Assembly: GCA_963769935.1 (NCBI GenBank)
Contig: CAVYNY010000008.1
Location: 64,001 to 128,000, forward strand
Direction: 5' to 3'
DNA from: an uncultured delta proteobacterium
GTDB lineage: Bacteria; Desulfobacterota; Desulfobacteria; Desulfobacterales; JAFDCJ01
DNA: 64,000 nucleotides
In this document: piece by piece, positions 20,707 through 30,334 of the stretch
Layout: each line of letters starts with the position of its first letter
Position numbering within the stretch: the stretch's first letter is position 1
Position numbers and translations under genes: made by a program
Notes under the pieces: model-generated
The model's input: the letters and a program-made list of their open reading frames with translations, nothing else
Told to the model about the DNA's origin: nothing
Databases searched by the model: none

Positions 20707-21270
20707 TTAATTTATAATAATCGCATGCGTTTCGGCGGGTCCATGGACCCCGAGAATCAGCCGCATCTCAATATCCGCCGTTCGACTGGGGCCGGAGATA
20801 AACGACACCGTGGCGTTGCGGGGATTCTCGATGTAAAAATTACGGATGGGAGCTGCTGCTTCCATTAAATGTTCCACGATATCCGCAGCTCGAAACACGC
20901 CGATGTGCACTATCGGAAGGGCGGAAACCAGACGCTTGGCATCATCGGTGGCAAACTCCACCAGGGCGCCGGTCTCCGCAATGGCAAAGGCGGCCCAGGA
21001 AATCCCCGCCTGGATAGAATCCAGCGCCCCGGGCAGCTCCGCATTGGTAAAGGGTGGTGTCAGCAGATTCATGCCTGCCGCCGCGCAACGCTGTTCGAGG
21101 GTCTGCCGCAATTCATCCGGCAGATCGCTCAGAGCAACCTTTTCGGCTTCTTTTTCCCGCAGGATGGCTACCACTTTATCTGCGGCTTCGTCCATGCCGG
21201 AAACCAGATGCACGATTCCCGCCAGCGATTCATGCTTTTGCCGAAACTGTTCCACAATTTTCTCATTCAT
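20707..21270 (-). CDS. lutC: LutC/LldG (LUD domain) protein
   Basis: IAETGALV, ISGPSRTADIE...GVHGP. Confidence 0.9.
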   Translation of the reverse strand: MNEKIVEQFRQKHESLAGIVHLVSGMDEAADKVVAILREKEAEKVALSDLPDELRQTLEQRCAAAGMNLLTPPFTNAELPGALDSIQAGISWAAFAIAETGALVEFATDDAKRLVSALPIVHIGVFRAADIVEHLMEAAAPIRNFYIENPRNATVSFISGPSRTADIEMRLILGVHGPAETHAIIIN

Positions 21271-21673
21271 GTCGCATGCATCCTTCGTCACAGTTTAACC
21301 GGTGAATCTAAAATTTGTAATATAGCTTTGTATAACTAATGCGAACCGAAAATGAAATCAAGTAGATAATTCATGGTCCGTATCTCGATTTGACGACTGT
21401 AACCGACCCCTGATCCGGGATGGTATATATACAAATCCCCGTATGGATGCGGTCCTTCTCCTGTACCGCCCAGACGTTGATGAAGCGACCGCAGGTTGCC
21501 TGATCCGTTCCCGACCAATAAAGCCACTTCGTCCCTGTGCTGAGTGAGAATTTTTCCAACAATTTTATCTACGGTCGTTTTGCTGATTTAATGATAGTTG
21601 CCGATATACATAGGCCTTCGAAAAGCTTTTTAGACAATATGTTAGCCTTTGTATATGTTTGTGGGACATGACC

Positions 21674-22882
21674 CTATCCTTTATCCCACCCGTGCAGACC
21701 CCAGTGCAGCGATATTAGAGCGAAAACGGTTAAACCCGCCGATATCATCCCCGTCAGAACAATGCCCCCGTTCAACCAGATCGGTCCTCCGATCAGGGCC
21801 CCGACTATTCTTCCCAGGCCGGCGGCTGCAAAGAAGCCGGCGATGATGGTAGCCCGCATTTCGGGCCGCAATTCCGTGCATAGGGCAACGCTGGATATAA
21901 TCGTAAATTCAAATATTAAAAAGTGAACAAACAAAGCAGCCAGTGCCAGATAAAATGATTGACTGACAAACGGCAGCAGACCATAGGTTATGATACAAAA
22001 CATGACCCCGAGGGTAACAACCCGCTTCAGGCCGAATCGATCGGATATCGTGGCGACCATGATCTCCCCCGCCAGTTCGGCGAGCCCAATGACACTGGTT
22101 CCCAGACCCAGCGCAACGATCCCCACATCAAACGCTTTTTCCAGCCAGGCCCCATAAATCACAAAAAGATTGTCGACCGCCGCACTGAAGAAAAGTACAT
22201 AGCCCATTGCACCCAGTGAGGATTTGTCTTTCAGCAGAATTTGCATCATCTTTAGAAAAGGCTGCGCCGCAACCGGCTTTGATTCGAATTTTTCAGTCTT
22301 GGGAAAAAAGATAGCCATAGCGAGAGCACCCAGGATTCCCATAGCCCCCATGGCAAAGAAAGGTGACCGCCAGCCCACATTGTCTATTAGAAGCGCAATT
22401 AATGGTATCCCGAGCAAGGTGCTCCCGGCCCAGCTTATTTCAATAAAACCAATGGCCGTTCCGCGGCGTTGATAAGGCACCCGTTCACTGATATAGGCCT
22501 GAACTGCCGGGTCAAAAATGATTTTTCCCATTCCTGCCAGAAACAAAGCTACTATCATAATGCCGTAGAAAGGCAAAAATCCGCCCGCCAGCATGCCGAC
22601 TGCCAGCAGAACCAAGCCGATAATCATCATCTTGCGGTAGCCGAATCGATCTGCAACCGGACCGAGGACGATGCCCAACAAAGAGGTGGACCAGTTTACC
22701 GCAATCAGGGAGGTAATGGCTGTCAGCGGCACCCCCAGTTCCCGGCTCAGAACGGGTGCAAAGGGATAGGTAAAGCGACGAGCCGTATTCAGGACCAGTC
22801 GGCAGAATACCACGACGCCGATTTTCATTATCAGTCGCGATCGGGGTTCACGTTGAGCGGTATTAGTTTCTGTTTGCGGCAT
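21674..22882 (-). CDS. MFS transporter
   Basis: GPVADRFGYRK and ISDRFGLKR motifs; start codon uncertain. Confidence 0.88.
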   Translation of the reverse strand: MPQTETNTAQREPRSRLIMKIGVVVFCRLVLNTARRFTYPFAPVLSRELGVPLTAITSLIAVNWSTSLLGIVLGPVADRFGYRKMMIIGLVLLAVGMLAGGFLPFYGIMIVALFLAGMGKIIFDPAVQAYISERVPYQRRGTAIGFIEISWAGSTLLGIPLIALLIDNVGWRSPFFAMGAMGILGALAMAIFFPKTEKFESKPVAAQPFLKMMQILLKDKSSLGAMGYVLFFSAAVDNLFVIYGAWLEKAFDVGIVALGLGTSVIGLAELAGEIMVATISDRFGLKRVVTLGVMFCIITYGLLPFVSQSFYLALAALFVHFLIFEFTIISSVALCTELRPEMRATIIAGFFAAAGLGRIVGALIGGPIWLNGGIVLTGMISAGLTVFALISLHWGLHGWDKG

Positions 22883-23153
22883 GTTTGAAGACCGGAACCT
22901 GGCCCAAAATTTTATAGTTTGCCGGGTTCTGCTAAATTGATCGAGTCTGACAAATAGAGAAACTAGTGTCAAGCCGCGATTTAACCATATCGGAGCAACG
23001 TCAATCCGGCATGCACCCGGCTCAGATTTATAATTGCCAATCTACATATTTTCGTGATAAAAAATCTTTGACCTAATCCGATCGATTTCCAGGTATCGAG
23101 ATTCATTTCAGATGCACCGAAATACCAACTAAGATCCAACAGGAGAATCTGTT

Positions 23154-24605
23154 ATGCCAATGATGACCGCTCAACAATATGAAGAAAGCCTCAGGCGCCT
23201 GAATCTGGTCGTCTACATGTTCGGGGAAAAATTAGATAATGTTGTGGATAATCCCATCATCCGCCCCTCCATGCAGGCAGTTGCCAAAACCTACGATCTG
23301 GCGCACCGTCCCGAGCATGAAGATATCATGACCGCCACCTCTCACCTCAGCGGCAATAAAATAAACCGCTTCACCCACATCCATCAAAGCCTCGATGATC
23401 TGGTAAAAAAAAGCAAAATGGGAAGGCTGCTGGGACGGGAAACCGGATGCTGCTTTCAACGCTGTGTGGGGATGGATGCGCTGAATGTGCTGTCTATTGT
23501 CACCTACAATATGGATAAGGAACTGGGCACCGAATACACCCCGCGTTTCCTGAAGTATCTTGGATATGTCCAGGAGAATGATTTTACCTGCGACGGTGCC
23601 ATGACCGACCCGAAGGGAGACCGGAGTCTACCGCCCCACCGGCAGCCTGATCCCGACCACTATCTGCATGTTGTCGCGGAAAGAGAAGACGGCATTGTTG
23701 TCCGGGGCGCCAAGGCCCATCAAACCGGTGCAGTCAATTCCCATGAGATCATCGTAATGCCGACCGTTGCCATGCGCGAGGAAGATAAAGACTACGCCGT
23801 TTCGTTTGCCCTGCCCGCCGATGCCGAGGGAATCGTCTACATTATGGGCCGCCAGTCCTGTGATACCCGCAAACTGGAAGAAGGGGTGCTGGATCGCGGG
23901 AATATCTTTTTCGGCGGGCATGAAGCCCTGGTAATCTTCGACGACGTGTTTGTCCCCTGGGACCGCGTGTTTATGTATAAAGAATATAATTTCGTCGGCC
24001 AGCTGGTTGAAAAATTTGCCGCCTATCACCGGCAAAGCTATGCCTGCAAGGTCGGCGTGGGCGATGTGCTGATCGGTGCCGCCCAGACGGCTGCGGAGTA
24101 CAACAATGTCGCCCAGGCCTCCCATATCAAAGATAAAATTATCGAGATGAATCACCTGAACGAAACCCTGTACTGCGGCTGCATTGCCTGTGCATCGGAA
24201 GGCTTCCGCGAACACTGCGGCACCTATTCCGTGAATTCGCTGCTGGCCAACATTCACAAACAAAATGTAACCCGTTTCCCATATGAAATTTCGCGTCTGG
24301 CGCAGGACATTGCCGGCGGGCTGATGGTCACGCTGCCCTCCGAGCAGGATCTGACGTCGCCGGAAACAGGCAAATGGCTGGAAAAATATTATACGGCCAG
24401 CTGTGATGTGCCGGCCATCAACCGGATGCGCGTATTGAGATTAATCGAAAACATCACCCTGGGAACAGCCGCCGTCGGCTATCTGACGGAATCCATGCAC
24501 GGCGCCGGCTCCCCCCAGGCCCAGCGGATTATGATTTCACGCCTGGTCAATATGGCGGAAAAGAAGAGAGCGGCGAAAAAATTGTGCGGAATTGAGGAAG
24601 AATGA
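23154..24605 (+). CDS. abfD: 4-hydroxybutyryl-CoA dehydratase / vinylacetyl-CoA isomerase
   Basis: CFQRCVGMD, MTDPKGDR, GAKAHQTG, YHRQSYACK, ESMHGAGSPQAQ. Confidence 0.88.
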   Translation: MPMMTAQQYEESLRRLNLVVYMFGEKLDNVVDNPIIRPSMQAVAKTYDLAHRPEHEDIMTATSHLSGNKINRFTHIHQSLDDLVKKSKMGRLLGRETGCCFQRCVGMDALNVLSIVTYNMDKELGTEYTPRFLKYLGYVQENDFTCDGAMTDPKGDRSLPPHRQPDPDHYLHVVAEREDGIVVRGAKAHQTGAVNSHEIIVMPTVAMREEDKDYAVSFALPADAEGIVYIMGRQSCDTRKLEEGVLDRGNIFFGGHEALVIFDDVFVPWDRVFMYKEYNFVGQLVEKFAAYHRQSYACKVGVGDVLIGAAQTAAEYNNVAQASHIKDKIIEMNHLNETLYCGCIACASEGFREHCGTYSVNSLLANIHKQNVTRFPYEISRLAQDIAGGLMVTLPSEQDLTSPETGKWLEKYYTASCDVPAINRMRVLRLIENITLGTAAVGYLTESMHGAGSPQAQRIMISRLVNMAEKKRAAKKLCGIEEE

Positions 24606-24621
24606 ACTCAATAAACTAACA

Positions 24622-24897
24622 ATGCTAAAGGTTGGGCTGAAATACTGCGGGGGGTGCAATCCCGGGTATGATCGGGTTGCGTTGGCAGCGTATATCGAAA
24701 AAAGTCTGCACGGGAGAGCTGAATTCGTGCCCCTGGACCATGAGCATCTCGATTTGGTTCTGGTAGTGGAAGGATGCAAAACCTGCTGCGCCGATTTAAG
24801 CTCATTTGAAGGCAAACAGGTTTTTTTCATCGCTCAAATCCAAGACGCCGGAAAATTTCTGCAAGAATTCTTAAACGAAGAGCTGTTTTTGCGGTAG
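24622..24897 (+). CDS. Small Cys-rich hypothetical protein (KYCGGCNP...GCxxCC)
   Basis: ORF directly after abfD with a probable metal-binding Cys pattern. Confidence 0.7.
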   Translation: MLKVGLKYCGGCNPGYDRVALAAYIEKSLHGRAEFVPLDHEHLDLVLVVEGCKTCCADLSSFEGKQVFFIAQIQDAGKFLQEFLNEELFLR

Positions 24898-24992
24898 CAT
24901 CTGGAAATCGTGAAAAAACAAGTTCATCCCGTAAATCCTATTAGATAAAAAATACATAAAATGAATCCAATCCTTTACTCCGAAATCCGCAA

Positions 24993-26543
24993 TCATAATT
25001 GCATCTCAATCAAATGCGGCCCCGGCTCGGCCAGCGCCCTTTTAAATTCCCTCAGCATTGCTTCACAACTATCCACCGCAGCCGCCGGCACACCCATCCC
25101 TTTGCTGATCTGCACCCAGTCGATGGCCGGATGGCTTAAATCCGTCAAGGTTTGGGCGTAGCGCCCCGGGGAAGTGATGCCGGAGCGGGCGATTTCAATG
25201 TTTAATATGTTATAACTGCGGTTGGAACAGATGAGGGTGGTGATGTTTAACCCTTCGCGTGCCTGCATCCACAGGGCCTGCACGGTGTACATGGCGCTGC
25301 CGTCGGACTGAAAGTCGATTACCGGCCGCTGAGGGCAGGCGATAGCGGCGCCCACGGCGCAGGGCATGCCGTACCCGATGGCGCCCCCGGGAAGCATCAG
25401 CAGTGTGTGGGGCGGCAGACTGGGCCCCAGGGGGAAATAGGCGCCCCCGGATGTAATGGACTCATTGACGATAATTGCATGTTCGGGCTGCAACGCGGCC
25501 AGAATGCGGCAAGCATTCTGCGCCGTCAATTTGCCTTTTGGAAGATTGGGACGCTCAACCTGCGAAAAGCCGGCTGCCGCAGCATCGACCCTGCCGGATG
25601 CCCCCAGCGCCTCGGCCAGATTTTCCAGCGCCTGCGGCAGGTTCTTATCAGCCGCCTTGATTTTACAAATATCCTGCTCATCGTTGAGAAGTCGGCTGGC
25701 ATACCCCTGCCAGCCGAAAAAGGTCACCGGTTCAGGGGCGCCCGCCAGCACGATCGTCTGGTACCTGGACAACAGATCCAGGGCCTGTCGGGGAAAATAG
25801 GGTATGAATTCGGTCGCAGCAATTCCGACACCCCGTTCCATGCGGGCCGGCGCACGTTCCGAAATTAGGTCACAGCCGCTTTTGGCTTTAATGCGGGCGG
25901 CAGCCGCCAGACCTCTTTGACGCAGCGCCCGGCCGCCCAGAATGAGGGCGGCTTTTTGATCGGTGCGCAGCAGATCCGCAGCGCGTTCGATGGAATTGTT
26001 ATCAGTGGAAGCGTCTGCAATCTCCAGCTGGTGGATTTTTTTAACCGAACTTTCTGACCATTGGACATCACTGGGTACGATTAAGGTTGCCACTTTGCCC
26101 TGCAGCGCCGCGGCAATGGCATCGGCGGTATCCCTTGATAAATTTTGAGGAGCGGTGCTGGTACGCTGCCAGCCGGAAACCGTTTCTGCGAGTGTAACAA
26201 TGTCCATACTCAACGGCGCATCCGCCGACCGGTGCCAGCTTGCATGTTCCCCGATCACGTTGAATACCGGTGTACGTGCCCGGCGGGCATTGTGCAAGTT
26301 GGCTATGCCGTTGCCCAAACCCGGTCCCAGATGAAGCAGGGTCATGGCCGGTTTGTCCGCCATCCGGCCATAGCCGTCGGCCGCCCCGGTACAGCAACCT
26401 TCAAATAGGCCCAGAATCGGCCGAATACCGGCAACTGAATCAAATGCGCACACCAGCGGCATTTCGGTGGTGCCCGGATTGGTAAAACAGAATTCGACCC
26501 CGGCGTTTACGGCCGTCTTTAGGAGGATTTCTGCTCCGGTCAT
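24993..26543 (-). CDS. Thiamine pyrophosphate enzyme (acetolactate synthase large-subunit-like)
   Basis: NPGTTE, GAADGY, LHLGPGLGN, SDGSAMY...N TPP motif. Confidence 0.9.
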   Translation of the reverse strand: MTGAEILLKTAVNAGVEFCFTNPGTTEMPLVCAFDSVAGIRPILGLFEGCCTGAADGYGRMADKPAMTLLHLGPGLGNGIANLHNARRARTPVFNVIGEHASWHRSADAPLSMDIVTLAETVSGWQRTSTAPQNLSRDTADAIAAALQGKVATLIVPSDVQWSESSVKKIHQLEIADASTDNNSIERAADLLRTDQKAALILGGRALRQRGLAAAARIKAKSGCDLISERAPARMERGVGIAATEFIPYFPRQALDLLSRYQTIVLAGAPEPVTFFGWQGYASRLLNDEQDICKIKAADKNLPQALENLAEALGASGRVDAAAAGFSQVERPNLPKGKLTAQNACRILAALQPEHAIIVNESITSGGAYFPLGPSLPPHTLLMLPGGAIGYGMPCAVGAAIACPQRPVIDFQSDGSAMYTVQALWMQAREGLNITTLICSNRSYNILNIEIARSGITSPGRYAQTLTDLSHPAIDWVQISKGMGVPAAAVDSCEAMLREFKRALAEPGPHLIEMQL

Positions 26544-26729
26544 AATTGCTCCTTATTTTGAAAAGCCTAACAATACTCTACGTTAAATACATGTTAAGTA
26601 ATTCCGAGATTGTTCGATGACCGTGGCCGTTGTATGTTGTACGTTGTTTGTTGTATGTTGGAAGTTGTTTCATATGCCTGCCCGCAACGCGTAACTCGCG
26701 CCCCGCAACTCGCACCCCGCAGCCCGCCA

Positions 26730-28820
26730 TCATTCCACGATGATCGTCGCATCCACGGCGATCGGAAGACCTTCGCTGACGATCAAAGGATTGATGTCAA
26801 TTTCTTTTATCCGGGGAAAAGAGACTCCCAGATCGCCGAGTCGCACCAGAATATCTGCCAGGGCATCCCGATCGACGGGGGCAAAACCGCGAAAGCCGTT
26901 TAGAATTTTTTGGGTTTTTAAGCGGTCAATCAAGTCAAGGGCTTCCGAATGAGATAATGGCGCTGCGGCAAAGACACTGTCCGCCAATACTTCGGCAAAA
27001 ATACCGCCAAGCCCGCACATGACACACGGACCGAACTGAGGATCACGAATCAAGCCTGCAATTAGTTCCGGGGAACCCTGTATCTGTCTCTGGACGAGTA
27101 CGGTGCCTTTGTCAGCCATTATTTTCTGCAGTTCAATAAATGCAGTTTCAACCTCGGCCTCGGAAGATATGCCCGTGCGGACCAGACCCAATTCGGTTTT
27201 GTGCATTTCTCCCGGTAAAAGCCCCTTTATAACAACCGGGAAACCCAGAGCGCCGGCAATTTCTTTTGCAGCAGCTGCGGAAGCTGCAATCCGCTCTTCG
27301 ACCACAGGAATATTGCACAACGTCAGGATCTGCTTGGAATTATGTTCATCAAGCACCCCGCTCGCATCCTTTAAGCGTTTATTTAATTTTTCCCCGGCTG
27401 CACCATTTGATTCCGTCGAAGACGCCCGGCTGCCACCGAATTCAGATAATTTCCGGTGCAAAATAACTGCTGCCATGCATTCGACCGCCCGGTAGAGTTC
27501 GCCGAATACCGGGAGCCCCACTTGCCGGGCGTGCATCTGAAATTTGTGGGCCGCGTCCCGCGTTCCCATAACCCAGCCGAACAAGGGTTTGCGGGCTCGC
27601 CGGGCCGTTTCAACCATCTTTGGCAGGTCGATACCCGACGCGGAACCGCCGACAAAGCCGTGAAATAAAACCGCATCAACGTTGGGGTCGCTGCAGACAG
27701 CCTGAAAAGCCTCGCTATAAGCCTTTTTGCGTCCGTGAAGTTCGACGGCCGGCCACAGGTCCACAGGATTGGAAACCGGCATCCAGACCGGATATATTCC
27801 CTTGAGTTGCTCAATGGTGACGGCCGAAAGATCGGCCACCGCCAACCCATGCCGTTCGATAAAATCAGCGGAAAGAATCCCGGCGGCTCCGCTCATTGTC
27901 AAAACGGCTACTCGCCGGCTGTTGCGGGGGGAAACTTCCGGATAATTTGCCAGCGAGCGGCACACGTCCATCATCTGTTTGAAATCGTAGGCTTCCACCA
28001 CGCCGACCTGGGCCAGCGCCCCGCCGACAACCGCCCCGTTGCCGGCCAGACTGGCGGTGTGACTGAGAGCCGCTTCAGCGCCCTTTTTACTCTTGCCGCC
28101 TCGCAGGACGACGATCGGTTTTCCAGCGTGCCGGCAAAGATCGATAAACCGCCTCCCGTCCGGTATCGATTCAAGGTAGAGCCCGATGACACCCGTCCCG
28201 GGATCATCAATCAGATACTCCAGCAAATCACATTCATTCACATCGGCTTTGTTTCCGATGGAGCAGGCCTTGCTGATTCCCATGAGGCCATTGGTCATAA
28301 TGTCAATCAGAAATCCGGCCGACAGCATACCGCTTTGCACCACCAAGGACACGCTGCCGGCAATCAGACCCTGCTCCCAGACGGCCGGCAGCACAAAGGA
28401 GAACACCAGATCGTGAACCGCATCGACCAGCCCCATGCAATTGGGTCCCCAGATCCTGATCCCCGTTTCTTTATGTATCTCGATGATACTTTCCTGCAAT
28501 CGCTTACCATCTTCGCCGCTTTCGGCAAATCCTCCGGATTCGATCATAACGCCCGGAATACCGCGTTCGGCGCATTCGCGCAACACCCCGGGAACCAGAG
28601 GTGCCGGCACAAATATAACAGCCAGATCCACCGGATCCGGCACGTCTAAAACCGATGGGTAGCATTTCAATCCGTCTATCTCGGGATAAGCCGGATTTAC
28701 CGGATAGATGCCGCCTTTAAACCCTTTCCTGACATTGTTGAGTATGAAGGATCCTCCTTTGGAGGGATTGGCAGAAGCGCCAATTATGGCGACACCTTTG
28801 GGTTTGAAGAAAAACTCCAT
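26730..28820 (-). CDS. Acetate/acyl--CoA ligase (ADP-forming), fused alpha-beta
   Basis: VAIIGAS, GPNCMG, SHTASLAG phospho-His, ATP-grasp HKTELG and EIDINP. Confidence 0.92.
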   Translation of the reverse strand: MEFFFKPKGVAIIGASANPSKGGSFILNNVRKGFKGGIYPVNPAYPEIDGLKCYPSVLDVPDPVDLAVIFVPAPLVPGVLRECAERGIPGVMIESGGFAESGEDGKRLQESIIEIHKETGIRIWGPNCMGLVDAVHDLVFSFVLPAVWEQGLIAGSVSLVVQSGMLSAGFLIDIMTNGLMGISKACSIGNKADVNECDLLEYLIDDPGTGVIGLYLESIPDGRRFIDLCRHAGKPIVVLRGGKSKKGAEAALSHTASLAGNGAVVGGALAQVGVVEAYDFKQMMDVCRSLANYPEVSPRNSRRVAVLTMSGAAGILSADFIERHGLAVADLSAVTIEQLKGIYPVWMPVSNPVDLWPAVELHGRKKAYSEAFQAVCSDPNVDAVLFHGFVGGSASGIDLPKMVETARRARKPLFGWVMGTRDAAHKFQMHARQVGLPVFGELYRAVECMAAVILHRKLSEFGGSRASSTESNGAAGEKLNKRLKDASGVLDEHNSKQILTLCNIPVVEERIAASAAAAKEIAGALGFPVVIKGLLPGEMHKTELGLVRTGISSEAEVETAFIELQKIMADKGTVLVQRQIQGSPELIAGLIRDPQFGPCVMCGLGGIFAEVLADSVFAAAPLSHSEALDLIDRLKTQKILNGFRGFAPVDRDALADILVRLGDLGVSFPRIKEIDINPLIVSEGLPIAVDATIIVE

Positions 28821-28839
28821 AAATTTCTGCTCCATAAAT

Positions 28840-29625
28840 TTACTTGAATCTGGAAAAATCAGGTTTGCGGCGCTCAAAAAAAGCCGTTAACGCCTCATCA
28901 CATTCGCCGGAATTCAGCCTTTCCGAAAACTGTTTTCTCTCTTCAGTCATAGTATCAACAATGGTTTGGGAAATGGATTTTTTGAGCAGCGCTTTGGTTA
29001 TGCGCACGGACGCCGGCGGCTGTTGGGCCAGGATTACGGCCTGGGCGAGGGCCTTATCGATATACTCCGAATCGGGATAAACAGCGTTTACCAATCCGAT
29101 TTCAAAAGCTTTGGCTGCCGAAAAAGCTTCGCCGAGCAGCAGTAATTCAGATGCCCGCTGGTGTCCGACCAATTTGGGCAACAGGAAACTGGATGCTGCC
29201 TCCGGGCAAAGCCCCAAAGCGACGAACGGCATGCGAAATTGCGCGCCTTCACCGGCATAAACCAGATCACAGTGAAGCAGCATGGTCGTACCCACACCCA
29301 CGGCCACCCCCCCGACAGCAGCCACGATGGGTTTTCTCGCCCGGCTGATGGCCGTTAAAAAATTGCTTACGTCTTTATTATCACCATCCTGACGAAAAGC
29401 TTGGAAATCTTTCAGATCATTGCCGGCAGTGAAACAATCCTGCGAACCGTGCAGAAAAATAACCCGGATATCGCTGTCCTGGTCCGCCCGGAAGATGGCA
29501 TCGGCCATGGCGGCGTACATAGCCCGGGTAAGGGCATTTTTCTTTTGCGGCCGGTTGATCCTGATTCGCAAAATCCGGTCTTGGGTCTCCGTCAATATAT
29601 CGCTAAATGTATCATCAGCAGTCAA
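28840..29625 (-). CDS. Enoyl-CoA hydratase/isomerase (crotonase fold)
   Basis: NRPQKKNAL, FTAGNDL, AVGVG, LGLCPEAAS. Confidence 0.92.
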   Translation of the reverse strand: MTADDTFSDILTETQDRILRIRINRPQKKNALTRAMYAAMADAIFRADQDSDIRVIFLHGSQDCFTAGNDLKDFQAFRQDGDNKDVSNFLTAISRARKPIVAAVGGVAVGVGTTMLLHCDLVYAGEGAQFRMPFVALGLCPEAASSFLLPKLVGHQRASELLLLGEAFSAAKAFEIGLVNAVYPDSEYIDKALAQAVILAQQPPASVRITKALLKKSISQTIVDTMTEERKQFSERLNSGECDEALTAFFERRKPDFSRFK

Positions 29626-29699
29626 TTTGACTCTCCATATGTTTAGTTGATTGAGTTGACTTGATTGATTGGTTGACTGGTTTTTAAGGAAGTAAAAAC

Positions 29700-30294
29700 C
29701 ATTTTATTCCCCCTCCCTCAATCCCTCCCGCAAGGGGAGGGAAGCCATACCGTTCCGGGCGGTTCAACTTTTAATTTATAAATTTCAATCCTGCATAGTT
29801 TTATCTTACCCTCCATCGACGAGAAGGTCTATGGGAGGGGGATAAGTTACTGAAGACATTTTTTCCGTATCACCTCCAAGACGCCTTCCATGTTTTCAAT
29901 TACTTCGTTGTCCCAAAACCTTAACACTGTAAACCCATTTTCAGCAAGAAATCTATCTCTTTTGTTATCTTTCTCCCTATTCATCTTATGCTGGCCACCG
30001 TCCAGTTCAATCACAATTCGTTTTTCAAAACTAACAAAATCTACAATAAGATTTTCTATAGGTTGTTGCCTCCGAAACTTAATTCCCTGAAGCTGCCTCG
30101 CTCTTAGCCTATTCCAGAGTAAAGATTCGACCGCGGTAGAATTTTTTCTTAACTTCTTAGAAAAATGCGTCAGTGCAACTTTCATTATTTTTGGGCCTGG
30201 CATAATTTATAGTCAAGTTACTTGTATAGCTTTAGTAGGAAGCAGTATTGCTTCCCTCCCCTGGCGGGAGGGATTGAGGGAGGGGGATAAAATG
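29700..30294. mobile_element. Putative DUF559 cassette bounded by about 50-bp terminal inverted palindromic repeats
   Basis: 29700-29750 and 30245-30294 are near-perfect reverse complements; a third, degenerate copy lies at 29805-29845. Confidence 0.6.
29847..30203 (-). CDS. DUF559 (Vsr-like PD-(D/E)xK) endonuclease domain protein
   Basis: LRKNST..E..LW, FRRQQPI, IVDF, IELDGGQH, RD..L...G..VLRF. Confidence 0.9.
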   Translation of the reverse strand: MPGPKIMKVALTHFSKKLRKNSTAVESLLWNRLRARQLQGIKFRRQQPIENLIVDFVSFEKRIVIELDGGQHKMNREKDNKRDRFLAENGFTVLRFWDNEVIENMEGVLEVIRKKCLQ

Positions 30295-30334
30295 AAAATC
30301 ACTCCTCTAATTTATTTTATTTGACAACCAGAAT

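Noticed and set aside
21336..21562. Short ORFs between the MFS gene and lutC
   Set aside because: No recognisable motif or convincing start; may be a decayed gene but cannot be supported
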